Origin: Balanoglossus misakiensis | Lineage: Eukaryota > Animalia > Hemichordata | Length of the DNA: 64,000 bases | Direction: 5' to 3' | Assembly: GCA_040954595.2 (NCBI GenBank) | Contig: CM082580.2 | Span: 13,380,242-13,444,241, forward strand | Shown: positions 39,377 to 53,000 of the stretch, piece by piece | How positions within the stretch are numbered: position 1 is the stretch's first letter | Layout: each line of letters opens with the position of its first letter | The notes under the pieces: generated by a model | What the model was told of the DNA's origin: nothing | The model's database searches: none | What the model saw: only the letters and a program-made list of their open reading frames with translations | Translations under genes and position numbers: made by a program

Positions 39377-40298
39377 ACTAATGGGATCATAGTTGCGTGA
39401 CAAAACCTTGGTGGCCTTATTGAATCAGCAACATAATCAAAACGTGACGTGTGAATGACGCCGCCGTATGCATCATAGCGATGTTTTTTTTCTCTACAGG
39501 AAAGCAAGTGCCTGCAATGACCAGAATAACGAGCTTAATCAGTATGATCAATACCACGTCGATATATTCTTTTATTATACCTACATATATGTGTATATAT
39601 GCAAAAGAGTGGCAATATTTGTATATCTACGATAAGTATTATATCCAAATGATCAAACACAACAGTTTGAAGTAACTTTTTGAAAACCTTCACATTTACT
39701 CAACTTTACAACTCGATATTCATGATGACTTGTTGGAAATAATGAAATGTCAGGTATTTCATAATAAATGTTAATTTGTAAATAATGTGCAAATGATCAT
39801 GATCACCATGTCTTTGGTATAAGCATGGAGAAAATCGAAATAACGCAAATACACCGAACTTATTATTTTTTGACAACATTTTTTGTACTTAGTCTGGTTA
39901 TACCTTTAGTCTCTTTAATTATGGGGAATGAAAATATGCGGAATGTGATCGGCAGTTTTAGGAAAGCCGTTTATAATTGAGAATAAAATATTATCTGAAA
40001 TGAAAAGGACACTGTTTAATCTGTGATTATACCTTTGTTTCGATCTGCAGAATTGTGCATGAATTATTTACACTGCATGGGAGAACTATGTTTGTGCAAA
40101 ACAAAGAACATCGCGTCTGTAAAAATATGCTTTAGGCCTATAGTAAAATCTGTGCAAACCTAACAAATACTACAAAAATTGGATTTGTCCGAGTCGATAG
40201 GTTTCGCTTCGCTTAAACCCCCACATTTTCTTCCATTTTTCACCACTGTGATCTTTAGTACGTATTACTTTCAGAAAGACTCCTACTTGTTGGCGAAT

Positions 40299-41776
40299 TT
40301 ATTCCCACGAGGAAAACTCGGGTTTCTTCAAAATTCTTCGACATATATTGAAGTGCCTCCGTGTCACATCTGAAAACAAAAGTTTGAAATACAAAAAAGG
40401 TCATTAATAAATTTAAAAACAAAAACAAATATAGACTGCGTCCGCGCCATTTTCTAGTTATGATATTCAATATTTATGATTTTCCGACTAAATGAACAAA
40501 ACTTATACATACCATCAATCGATTTTCCAACCAGCACCGTTGACGCCACCACGTGATCAAACATATCATCACCAACCGAAATGGAGTCACCCGGAGAACA
40601 TCGTGCAGTGACTTCTGGGATTTTTCGCATCTCTTCAAAATCCAAGATCTCATCGGCTTTACCAGAGAAATATGTATTCACGTAACCACACAAACCAAAC
40701 AGGCCTTCGCGATGTGTGGGCTGAACTACCTGTTCGCCGTGGACAAGTTTCAAGTAAGTCTCTATCATGTTGCCATTCTCGTAAACTTGCTCATTCACGG
40801 GGCCAGCGTCATGCTCCAGTCTACCATTAACTTCAAGTAATTGAAACTCTCCGATGGAAACCGGTAAGAATTCCAAATTTATAAACTGGTTGTCAAAGCC
40901 ATTCTGAATTAATATTTCGGCGACTGAGGTCACAGTTTCCCAGAATGGAGATGTAGACGCGGTCTCCGGACAAGTAAGTACAGTTGCTGGGATAAAACCA
41001 CCCATATATACATGTATGATGAAAGATCTTGCACCCTCTCTTGGTGCCGTCGAGTTGAACATCCAGTCCCCCGTTCCCATACGAATTATTCGACCATTCT
41101 GTACACAGCAATTCGCAGATAAACTTCCACGAGCATCAACAAATTTTTCAAGTAGAGCACAGTGGTTAAGACTATACGGATACTTTTCCACATCAACCCA
41201 TTTCTTCAGAAAGCTCTCTGAAACATAACTTAAGCGGCGATTCTTCTGTAAGTCGCAGACGGCAGTTTCGAGCTCACCCAAGTTGGCGATTTTGTACACC
41301 CCCGTCGCCGTTTCGCCCATTACTGGTTTCAAGATACAAACGCCTTCATTTCTCTCAAAGAATTCCCGCGCAACTTTCATAACTTCTTCCATTTTCTCAT
41401 CCAAATTCAAAATCGTCGACTTAATTTGCGTTGTAGCTTGTTCAAACACCTTTTTCCCGTAATACTTGTGGATGGTCAGAAAAACGGACTCCACAGAAGG
41501 CCCCCTGATATGAGGAAATGTTTCTGATATGGCTGCTTGCACGAGTGAAGAAAAGTCACTTGCACATATAACAGAATCGACGTTTTCTTGTCTTACAATT
41601 TCAATGCATTCTTCGGTGTATTCGTCGATGTCAGAACCAGCATTCAAATTAGCATACAAAAACTTGTATTTCTTGCGCACTTCTTTTGGAAGTTGGTCTA
41701 ACTCGCGAAAGATGATGTGGTCCAGCTTATCAGCACGCAAAACCAACACTGTCTTAACTGACGTCAATTCCGCCAT
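40299..41776 (-). CDS. ATP-grasp domain ligase, copy A (exons 41776-40513 and 40369-40299)
   Basis: ATP-grasp motifs ILKPVMG-x4-GVYKI, LLEKFV, NLEF and QLLEVNGR, plus GPSVESVFLTIHKYY. The donor after ...SIDG (gtatgt) splices to a 71-nt exon encoding DVTRRHFNICRRILKKPEFSSWE*. Confidence 0.85.
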
Positions 41777-42331
41777 ATGAAATGTAGCGCCTAGGCCTAA
41801 ATGGGGGAAAAGAGACGCCGTTGGTATTTTTGTTCACTCTTTACCAGGCAACTCAATAGAAAATATGATGCAGCTGTTACAGATAAAATTTAAATTTCCT
41901 GTCGGTACGTATAATTCGGTTAATGTTGTCTCTCGACAGTGAGATTTGCTTGCTTTCAATGCTGTAGGAAAGCAGTTCAAGTCGGAACCATTGTCGCGAG
42001 TCACGTCACATTGAAGGCAAAGAGTCAAGCATCATTTCAAGGACAAGATGGCATTCAGATCCTTTGTGGTTTATAATATCCTCTATCCTTCGTTATATTA
42101 GTGTCACAGGCCTCCTAAATGATGATGTACACTGTCTTCGTGTCAGAAGGAAAATACACATACCTGAAGATTAGCAGAGAAAACTATGGGCAGGTGGACA
42201 GGAACGTCACGAAGCACGTCACGTCGACAAGGTGTACTCAAAAACAAACAGCTGGGGTCAGTAGGAACAGACAAATAAAGCCAGGTTTATAGGTTAAGGT
42301 TATTTAGGGCAACGATGCCTTGCCGTCAAGT

Positions 42332-42400
42332 TGTGGTACGCAGCTGTACCGTTGGGGGCCTGATTAATCAGCCCCCCAACGGTACAGCTGCGTTACCACA
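42332..42400. repeat. Short near-perfect palindromic element
   Basis: tgtggta-cgcagctgtaccgttggggg-cctgattaatcagc-cccccaacggtacagctgcg-ttaccaca. Confidence 0.8.
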
Positions 42401-43074
42401 GCTACTTGCTGTCATGAAGGCAGGTACGGTGAAAAGCTTAATCGCCTTACAGAGGACACAACACAACACTATGTAATCTTCGTAAACCACGGGCCTTTAA
42501 CAACACCATTTTACAAGAATTGCGTTTTGTTATTCAGCCGTTTACCTCGTCGGGGCTTCTGTGGAGAATCAGCCACGTCCGAACGCTGAGTCTAAACATC
42601 TCTCCACCTCCTTCTCCAGTCAACATATTCATAGAGTCTGAGAGGTACCCGGCAGATCGCAAACCTTTTGTACAGAGACTTTCAACAGGTTTTTCGAGTT
42701 ACACAAAGTTCTTGTTTATTACTGGTCTGACGTAAGAATTACACTACTCTCCATGATCGTTGGCTCCCTCATGGATCATATAAAGTAGTGAAGTAAAGAA
42801 GTAAAACGAAGTGCTCTAATATAACCACATATTAATATACATAGGCAGATATTGACTCATAAAAAGAATACGTAATCTTAACCAGAGAGTTTTTTTTATT
42901 GAAAGTGGAGTCGTAGGCTGAATGATTAGACGAGGCAGAAGCACAAATAATCCCAGAGAATTTCTTCCTGACAATCAACTGCCCTGGCTTCCAGACTTGC
43001 GCGTTATTTTTGTCGTTTCAATTCACCGCTTCGCATACTTTGGTACATAAGTCACCCGCACTCTCCGCGGAAGT

Positions 43075-45095
43075 TTAATCCCACGAAGAAAACTCGGGTT
43101 TCTTCAGAATTCGTCGACAGATATCGTTGTGCCACCGTTTTATATCTGTAAACAAAAGATTTAAATGCTTAGGCCTATATGCAACTCAATCTGATTAAAT
43201 CAGATATGTAGGGTACTGCGACCTCTTTTACTTGCGCTGTGGGTATTCTCTTATGCTTTCGCTGTGATTTGTATCAGATTGATATGTAAATAAACTAAAA
43301 TCAAGGTTAAGCAACACATTTATTTCGATCATCAGGTTTTACAGTCACATTTAATGGCCTTGAATTTAAAAAAGACCAAGGACTCTCACCATCCATCAGA
43401 ATTGGGGCAATAAATTGTGACAAATATATCGTACATTTGATCTCTTTCCACTGTTCTGATCAATTTCCAACACTATTAAAAACTCAAGGACACTTTCAAT
43501 CGAAGCGACAAACAGACATTTCCTTCAACCATCATGATTTACAGGCACGTATGACGAAAATGTAAAATCAAGGACACTGTTTTCATTTCATCAGCATTGG
43601 AGCATTCAATTGTGACAAATATACCGTATATTCGATATCCGTTTCTGATCAATCTCCGACACAATTAATAAACACTCAATGACACTATTAATCGGAAATA
43701 GACCGACAGACAGGCAGGCACGTAGGCAGACGGGCAAGTCACGTAGACAAAAACGAACGCCAACTGATCCAGATATGTGCCATATCCATGGTTACTGTCT
43801 CCCAGTGTTTGTGGGTTAATAGGACATGTGTTCCTAGCAATAAAGGAAACCTCTCACAAACCTTCAAATGAGTTCCCGATCAATACAGTCGACGCTACAA
43901 CTGGGCCGAACATATCATCGCCTGCTGAAATTTGATCATCCGGAGAATAACGTGCACTGACTTCTGGGATTTTTCGCATCTCTTCAAAATCCAATATCTC
44001 ATCGGCCTTACCGGTGTAGTATGTATTTACGCAGCCAAACATACCACACAGGCCTTTGCGATGGATGGGCTGTTGTACCTTTTCACCGTTGACAAGTTTC
44101 AAGAAAATTTCCATCGGGTTACCACTTTCGAAAACTTGCTCATATACAGGTCCCACCTCATGTTCCATTCTGCCATTAACTTCTAATAACGCAAACTCTC
44201 CGCTTGAAAGTGGAATGAATTCCAGGTTTATGAGCTGGTTGTCGAAACCTCTCTGAACTAACAATTTGGCGAGCGTCTCCACTGTTTTCCAGATATGAGA
44301 CGCGGTTTCTGGGCAACTGCAAAAGGTCGATGGAATAAGACTCCCCAAGAAGGATCTGGCACCTTCTCGTGGCGTGGACTTGTTATACATCCAATCCCCT
44401 ATCCCCACCTGAACTGTTTGACCATGCTGTACATAACAAAGCGCCGATACATTTCCGGCAGAATCTACAAATTCCTCTAGCAGAGCACAGTGGTTAAGAC
44501 TATACGGATACTTTTCCACGTCAACCCATTTCTTCACAAAGCTCTCTGACAGATAACTTAAGTTGCGCTTGTTCTGCAAGGCGCAAACAGCAGCTTCGAG
44601 CTCAACCAAATTAGTGATCTTGCACACGCCTGCCGACGCTTGGCCCATTACTGGTTTCAAGATACAAACGCCTTCAATTCTCTCAAAAAATTCCCGCGCA
44701 ACTTTCATAATTTCTTCCATTTTCTCATCCAAATTCAAAATCGTCGACTTAATTTGCTTTGCAGCTTGTTCAAACAGCTTTTTCCCGTAGTACTTGTGAA
44801 TGGTCAGAAACACGGACTCCACAGAAGGCCCCCTGATATGAGGAAATGTTTCTGATATGGCTGCTTGCACGAGTGAAGAAAAGTCACTTGCACATATAAC
44901 AGAATCGACGTTTTGTTGTCTTACAATTTCAATGCATTCTTCGGTGTATTCGTCGATGTCAGAACCTGCATTCAAATTAGCATACAAAAACTTGTATTTC
45001 TTGCGCACATCTTTTGGAAGTTGGTCTAACTCGCGGAAGATGATGTCATCCAGCTTATCAGCACACAAAACCAACACCGTCTTAACTGAAGCCAT
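43075..45095 (-). CDS. ATP-grasp domain ligase, copy B (exons 45095-43862 and 43145-43075)
   Basis: Paralogue of copy A (ILKPVMGQASAGV, LLEEFV, ALLEVNGR) with the same intron position. The 71-nt last exon encodes DIKRWHNDICRRILKKPEFSSWD*. A splice acceptor lies 10 nt upstream of the ATG. Confidence 0.85.
43365..43730. repeat. Two diverged approximately 195-bp tandem units in the intron of ATP-grasp copy B
   Basis: Repeated blocks caaggac, catcag.attgg.gca, aattgtgacaaatata, ttctgatcaat and actcaa.gacact at about 43370-43520 and 43570-43710. Confidence 0.6.
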
Positions 45096-46185
45096 TTTCG
45101 TCACCTGAAATGTAGCGTATAAATTAAAACAAATAAGATGGATGTGTACTTTGATAGATTTCGAATAACCGAGATATTTTCAGATGAACGTAACATATTA
45201 AATTTTACATGAGATGGTACAGTTATGAAAAAATCTCACAACACATTCTAAAACCGTGATCAACACACTCCATTATCATGTCGTGTAAACGCTTTAATTG
45301 AGAGATCCGTGTCAATTAGTGTCGTGCGCATTTTCTCTGCGTACGTAAACGCTGCTTGTTTTAAATGTAGGTCTGAATGACCTTGAACTAAAGGCAGCTT
45401 CACCCGACGGATACAGACAGACTCCTGGACAGATTAAACCAATGGGGCTAAAACAACACCTTATACGAAGAAATCTAATAAATTTAATACCAACATGTAC
45501 ATAAGCTTTCCTTGATTTATCTTTTGAACAGAGTAACTTTTCTGTCGGCACACAATACCTCATATTTACTCCCATCGACATGCGGATTGGGAAAATGGGA
45601 TAAAAACACGTATTTTCATCGATTCAGAATGTTTAAACTTCTCCAGATTCTAATCTACAAAAAACATAGCATTGAGTATTACTTTGATGCAACTTTGTAC
45701 GATTTTCAGCGAGAACTTACCTCACACATGGATATTATATTAAGAAAACGTCCGTGTTTAAAGTATATAACTATGACTTGCCAGGCGCAGCAACATAAAC
45801 CTTTAACTTGATGAGGAACCAGGCATATGAGCATTCTCCACCTAAACTATAGCGTGGATAGTTTAAACCTAGCTAAGGAGTCTGACCGATATAGTGATTG
45901 GCTACTTCTTGGCCACCATTATTAACATAATATTTGAGAATAGCAGGGCCTCGCATTTTCAGGTTTATTTTTCCTCGCGCAGTTATGTTTAAAATTTAAA
46001 AATTACAAATAAATTCTGGTTCACTATCACAACTGCTGTTTAACCAATGCAAGTTTGATCACCCAGGAAAGCTAGGGAGGTTAAGCGAATGAACAACACA
46101 AAGATAGGTTCGGGAAAATAGTAGTTGCTCAATCTGTCAGCTTTCTACAATGCTCAAGGCATTTTCCTTGTACTACTTAGAAAAT

Positions 46186-47801
46186 TTAATCCCACGGAGA
46201 AAACTCTGGTTTCTTCAAAATTCTTCGGCAAATGTCGTAATGCTTCTGTTTAACTTCTGAAAGGAAAATATTCATAAATCAGAATTAAAAGACGTCTCCA
46301 AGATGTGAACATCATCACGATTGGGAAATTTCTGGGTAACTTGCCTGGATATTGTTGATTCTGTCGACAGAAACTCTAAAATCGTACACATCGCATGTTA
46401 CTTTGCAGACAGCATACTCGTTAGGGACGACCAACATCTAGGCCAAAGATCAAATGTATGCAAATCACTTGTTCCGCTGAAGGCGAATCAATCATGGCGG
46501 TCTATTTTGGATAAAATCGGTGAATAATTATACAGAGATTTTGTGCCGATAAATGAATCATCAGACAAACCTTCAAACGATTTCCCAACCAATACAGTCG
46601 TCGCCACCATGGGACCAAACATTTCATCTCCAACCAAAATGCGCTCATTGGGAAAGCATTGCGCAATGACTTCTGGGATTCTTTGCATCTCATCAAAATC
46701 CAAGATCTCGTCTGCCATGCCAGAGTAGTAAGTTTTCACGTAACCACACAAACCAAACAGGCCTTCGCGATAGATAGGCTGCTGTACAGTTTCACCGTTG
46801 ACAAGTTTCAAGCAAATCTCCATGAAATTACCATTTTCGAAAACTTGCTCATTCACGGGGCCAATGAAATGCTCCATTCTGCCATTAACTTCAAGTAATT
46901 GTAACTCTCCGCTGGAAAGTGGGATGAATTCCGCATCTATAAACTGGTTGTCAAAACCCTTTTCAATGGCCATTTTGATGAGAGTATCCACCGCTTTCCA
47001 GAGTTCAGACGCTCTCTCTGGGCTGGTGGAAACAGTTGCTGGGGTAAAACCGCCCAAGAAGGATCTTGCGCCCTCTCTTGGCGTCGTCATGTTGAACATC
47101 CAGTCCGATGTTCCTATACGAATTATTCGACCATTCTGTACACAGCAAAGCGCCGCTAAAGTTCCACGAGAATCGACAAATTCTTCCATCAGAACACAGT
47201 GGTTAAGACTATACGGATACTTTTCCACATCAACCCATTTCTTCAGAAAGCTCTCTGAAACATAACTTAAGTGGCGATTCTTCTTTAAGTCGCAGACGGC
47301 AGCTTCGAGCTCACTCAAGTTGGTGATTTTGTACACCCCCGTCGCCGTTTCGCCCATTACTGGTTTCAAGATACAAACGCCTTCAATTCTCTCAAAAAAT
47401 TCCCGCGCAACTTTCATAACTTCTTCCATTTTCTCATCCAAATTCAAAATCGTCGACTTAATTTGCGTTGTAGCTTGTTCAAACAGCTTTTTCCCGTAGT
47501 ACTTGTGGATGGTCAGAAAAACGGACTCCACAGAAGGCCCCCTGATATGAGGAAATGTTTCTGATATGGCTGCTTGCACGAGTGAAGAAAAGTCACTTGC
47601 ACATATAACAGAATCGACGTTTTCTTGTCTTACAATTTCAATGCATTCTTCGGTGTATTCGTCAATATCAGAACCATTCAAATGAGCATACAAAAACCTG
47701 TATTTCTTGCGTACATCTTTTGGAAGTTGGTCTAACTCGAGGAAGGTGATGTGGTCCAGCTTATCAGCGCACAAAACCAGCACTGTCTTAACTGACGTCA
47801 T
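46186..47801 (-). CDS. ATP-grasp domain ligase, copy C (exons 47801-46571 and 46256-46186)
   Basis: Paralogue (ILKPVMGETATGV, LMEEFV, DAEF, QLLEVNGR) with the same intron position. The 71-nt last exon encodes EVKQKHYDICRRILKKPEFSPWD*. Confidence 0.85.
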
Positions 47802-49737
47802 TTTCGCTGTTTCTTAACACTAGATGGGAAAAAAATGAGAGACCAGTTGTACTATCGTAATGTAAAATGTAAAGAATAGTGAAAATATCACAGTTTTTTG
47901 TCCCGAAATGTAAACTTTTAATCGTTCAAATAATACTTTACCCATGATGATTTATGCGTACGTGGCAAAGTAAATAACATTGTTCAAGTTTTGAGCATGG
48001 GCAAGATACATTTGGGACAGTACGTGGTATTCTCAATAAGATGTATATGACGGAGAATTGTTATATAGTTATATACAAATCCGAAAATATCCAAATGTTA
48101 TTTCTGTAGAATGACAAATGTTGTTAAAAAGCTAGGTATTATCACTCGCGCTGCTGTGGCCTTCTTATCCCGCTATTACCGATAGGACAAATCGAACTAC
48201 CACCAAAACATTTTCTACTTCCATTGTATTAGCGAGACAGTAGTTTTCGCTTAATATAGTATTTAGTTCTTGTACGAACAAATATACAAATGTTTAAACA
48301 CTCACCAGGGGAATCGAATGCAGGTAAAATGGAAAAAAAAAACCCGCACCAGACTGGTAGAAACTGGAATGTCGTCAAGTATGTCAACTACTGTATGTAA
48401 ATACAATATTCCTGCACTAAAAACAACATTTAAGGGTTTCACCTTCGCGATCCTTCCACAATAACCTTGCCACGACGAAAAGAACAAGGCAGAGAATAGT
48501 TTGTCACCTTTCACAGCAGGTGAATTCAAAACACGGCGCACAGAGATGTCAGGGTTTTCTCCTTGGAATAGACCTTGCTGTGAACTTAATCAATAGAGCT
48601 ACTTACACAATGGTGAAGTGTAATAAAAACGGGTCGTTCGGCATTAATGTAATCATAGATTACTGTCTATGATGTAATTCATGTAAATTTGGCGTTGACA
48701 TCCAATCATAAACCCGCATGCCAAGTTCATTTGTCCCTTTCTCGGACTGGGCTATCAGTATTGTAAATGTTAACTACGCTTTTGTCTTATTCACAGCTTG
48801 GGCTAAGAACAATAGCATACCTTTTGTCAGATACTTCAATAGTTCAAAACCCTGGTGGATACTTGGACTATTTTGTGACTGAACAGTTGTTGTTGTTGTT
48901 GTTGTTGGAAAACAGATCTTTGCAATTGCATTTGCATGCAGACACAGTGCATTATTTTAACTTTATTCATTTACAAAATAAATTTAGACATCTGTTAATA
49001 GTATTATTCTTGGTGTCTAGTGGCATTAGTACCCCATACTCTTTAAAGTAAGGTCAAGATTAATCATCTCTAATTTACACATTATGGTCATAAGTATGGT
49101 TCAAAGGGCATGCCTAATACCAGGTTCACACTGGTTAAAACTAGAACGTTTCAGACACACTATTAGCCATCTGTTAACACAGAGGGTTAATCCTTTGAGT
49201 CGCTTTGATGAAACATGTTAATAAACAAAAATGATGATATTAAAGCAGAGTCCTTGTTTTGTAAATGACGTCCTAGTACAGGCTCTCTTTCATCCTCTGA
49301 TTTAAGACAAGTGCGCCCTCTGTAGGCCACAATTGCATAACGCAAGAATTCTGTCATTTTACACGAAATATAGACAGAAAAACGAAAAGGAAAATCATGA
49401 AAGCCATACAAGACAGATGGTTCTGTCGAACACACATCTGGAAAACGAACAGCCCTGCAGATTAAAGTTGTGTAGGGAGATGAACATGTACATTTTTGAT
49501 CGAAGTCATGCTCCACAACTATGATGCCTCGTTTGTTGTGAACTATCAACGGACATGGTGGTGTAAAATTCACACTCAAGTGATACCACCAGATTTTGCA
49601 GTGTATTTATGAATACATGTATTCATATCAACTGTGTATGTGTGAAAATGTATAGTCATTTGAGCCTGCATAGCTACACAGCATGCAGAGAAAATCCCAG
49701 TAATTCTGTGCGGGTGCTGAAGTATCGTCGACATTAA

Positions 49738-49812
49738 CCCTTTCATCACAATGGTTTGGTCCAAACCTATTGTTTTCTATGGTAGAGTTGAACCTCTATG
49801 GGGGTGAAAGGG
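49738..49812. mobile_element. Tiny piggyBac-like MITE
   Basis: TTAA-CCCTTTCA...TGAAAGGG-TTAA (TTAA target site, CCC/GGG ends). A related degenerate copy lies at about 56949-57023. Confidence 0.7.
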
Positions 49813-50040
49813 TTAATACATTTGCACATTACTGTGCTCATCAAGCAGGCACAGTGAACATGTAGAGTCTAGCACGAAGCTGTTCTTTTGGAATAGACGA
49901 AAAATTAAAAGAAAACATATGCAAATCAAAAAAGTTCATGTGAATAAACTGGTAAAGGATAAAAATGTGAGAAAAGCTGTCATGTGTTTTTATACCAACT
50001 ATCAACTCTTGTCTAAACCACAGCCGTGGTGTATTTTTGA

Positions 50041-53000
50041 TTAGAGAATGACACAGGCTCTGCTTCTTCTCATAGGAGGTTCAATGTACTCGTCTCCCAG
50101 AATCTCATCCACATCATCAATAGGAACTGTTTCCTTTCCAGACATCTTGGCATCTTCAAGTAACTCTTGGATGTTGTACTAGAAAAAGGAAAGCAAAAAG
50201 TGACATTGAAATTACAAAGTCAAACAAAAGTTGCTCATCTGAACATACAGTACACTCACATAATGTACATTATTTACACAAAGTCTTCCCACACTATTTC
50301 AATAGTGAATAATTTGACGATAAGTGAAACATAAAAGTTGTTTGAAGAAATACTGGATTGAAAATTTTGTCCTGTGCTTTGATAAAAGTTCGGAATGTGA
50401 GCACTTACTAGTTTTTTCCGTAGTGTCACTATTTCAGCATGTAAATTGTAAAATTCATCAACTTCCTGCAAATAACAATACCCAAATCGTTAGATCCAAG
50501 GTCTTTATAAATCCAATTCAGCAGTTTTCAACATTTCTACATTAGATTAGAAAGACATAAATTGGCATCTACCTGGTTGGCTGTGTTCTGTGTATCGTAT
50601 CGAACATGATTACCAGTCCTACCACCCTTGGCCTCTTCATATTGTGTCCCCCAAACTTCTATTATCATGGGATCATTCTCTATATAATCCAACATCTGCA
50701 AGAATTCAATGAGCAGATCGTGTTGAGTGTTACTTATTTTCAGGTAATAAGCCTATGCATATATGAGGTGATCTGGCTCTGATAGCCGACTGTATTGCAA
50801 ACATTTAACAGGTAAACTTTCTGGAAAAATTGAATTTTTTATAGTTCATTGCACTGTGTTACATTCTAAATCTATCAAGCTGTGAACATGAAAAGTTCAG
50901 TGTCCATGCCAAGGTCAAAGGTGAAGATAAAAAAGAGATCATCAGCCCCACCTGACGTGTCACTTCATTGTATTTGATGACATTTTCATGATTGTAATCT
51001 GGATTGTTGGTTCCACTGATGTGTCGTGTAGATGACATGTCCTCTTCTAAGTAAAATTTATATTTACAAAAAGTCTGCAAATTGTTGAAAGCAGTCAGTA
51101 ATTAGGGCAATGCATGATTTAAGAGGTAGGGTACATTTCATGTTGATAAAATGCGATGGTGATCATCCACATTTTTTTTCTTCACATTCATCACTTTTGC
51201 AAAAGTTTTAAAGTAGCAATAAATGAGTATGTAACCTTTTCTCGATGCTTCACCCTGCCACCCCCATTTTCCGCAGTAGAGTTCAACTTTCCACTAGAAA
51301 ACAAAGGATTTGGACCAAACCAAGGCAGTAAAAAGGTGAAACACTCACCTGTTTGAACTGTAGAGGAAGACCCCGTGCAAAGGGTATTTTTAGTTTGAAA
51401 TTTAGAGATTTTCCAATCTGGAATGTAAATAACAGTGAGTCAAATCCTAATGAGTATCGTATGCGTTGAACACATCTCTTTGCTCTGCTGCTGGTGAACC
51501 AGGAACTTAATCAGTGTTTTCAAACGGCTAAATATAATATCTGCAACGTTCATTGACATAAAACAATTACCAATTGTTGAGGGTCGTCAATGATATCTCC
51601 ACCAAGTGAAGTGCTGTCCTCCTTACAAGGAAATAGTTCCACCACAAGATGTCCCCTTTCTATACTTCTGTAGTCTGTGATTGGTAGTGTTTGGTCCATC
51701 TCTATCTGATATGCCAGGCTACGTAGATGAACAAACACATTTCCAATATGTACTTCTGTGTCAGATGGTTCCCAGAATGGATCTCTTTCCTGGAAATGAC
51801 ACAAAACACACATGAAATCAGACTGGACAGTTTATTACCACCAGTGTAGAAATTTATGATTTTTTATTATCATCTTTATTTGCTATCTATACATTTTCAG
51901 TTAGTAGTGCAGTCTGGCAACACAGTGTTCGAAGTATTGCAGGTTCATGGAAACCAACAAGTCTGTTTTGTCATTTTTTAATCAAATGTATGGAACACAA
52001 ATCACTATGTTGAAACTCAGTACTATCACTGATTGTTTTGTCCTAGTAGTAGTATATACACTGATAGCAAACTGGGCAGTGCAGTGCACACTCCTAAAAG
52101 TGCAAAAGCAGGTCACAGAAATCAGAGCATATGAAGTCAAAAGTGGGTCAATTGAATCTGTTTGCTGTGAATGATAAACTGTGAGGTTCATCTGTTGTGA
52201 CATGTGTTCCCATTAAAACCTCCTACATCAACCGTAATTGTGTTCAAGGGTTGTCTGCTGACATGTGCGTTGGCAAATGGGGTCAAAGGGCACCTGAACT
52301 TTCCTGGGTGATATCAGTTCTGTGGGGAATAAAGTCAGATTTTGTTCTAAGTGTGAGAATGGTTGTGTTTCAACATGTGCTATGGGTTCTGCATGTACAG
52401 CAAAAACAGTCGACTTTTCAGTCAAAGAACTTGGAGGAGCACTCAAAAATGAATTTAGCAGATTAACTTCAACACTACAAACAGCCAGGGATACTGAAAT
52501 ACTTCACACGCTAATCTTTATCCAGCAAAGATTATTTGATTTCTCCCAACACTACCTTTTCAACATCCCAATCCTCATCTGCTTGCATATATTTCTGATA
52601 CATCTCTTGCATGATGTACTTTCTGTTCAGGAACTTATCTCGGCTCCACATGAACTCATTGTTGTTTTCATGGTTTCTCAAAATGACATTGACCTGCAAT
52701 AAAACAAAAGAGAATCAGCATGATTGTAAAAGTGTTATTATAAGCCACAACCAAAGAACCTATGAAGTTTTTTTCCAATATAAACATCAGAGAATTGACA
52801 GAGAAATGTCCTTACACTTTCCTAAATCAAATAAGAGATTCTAATTTATATTGTATAGTAATTCTTACCTCTGTTCTACCATCTTTTAATCCCCTGGCCT
52901 GTGGCGAGATCAAGGCGACCTTAAAACTAGCGTTTTTACTAAGCTCTTCAGCCATTGCATTGGCTTCATTGACCACTGGCAAAATTTGTATCAAGTCTTC

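Noticed and set aside
40454-46571. ORF-track C-termini of the ATP-grasp genes (...IEYHN, ...EGL, ...DRHD), and the idea that the array is bacterial contamination
   Set aside because: Those tails are intron read-through. All three copies splice to a conserved 71-nt exon and are embedded among metazoan genes, so they are host genes.
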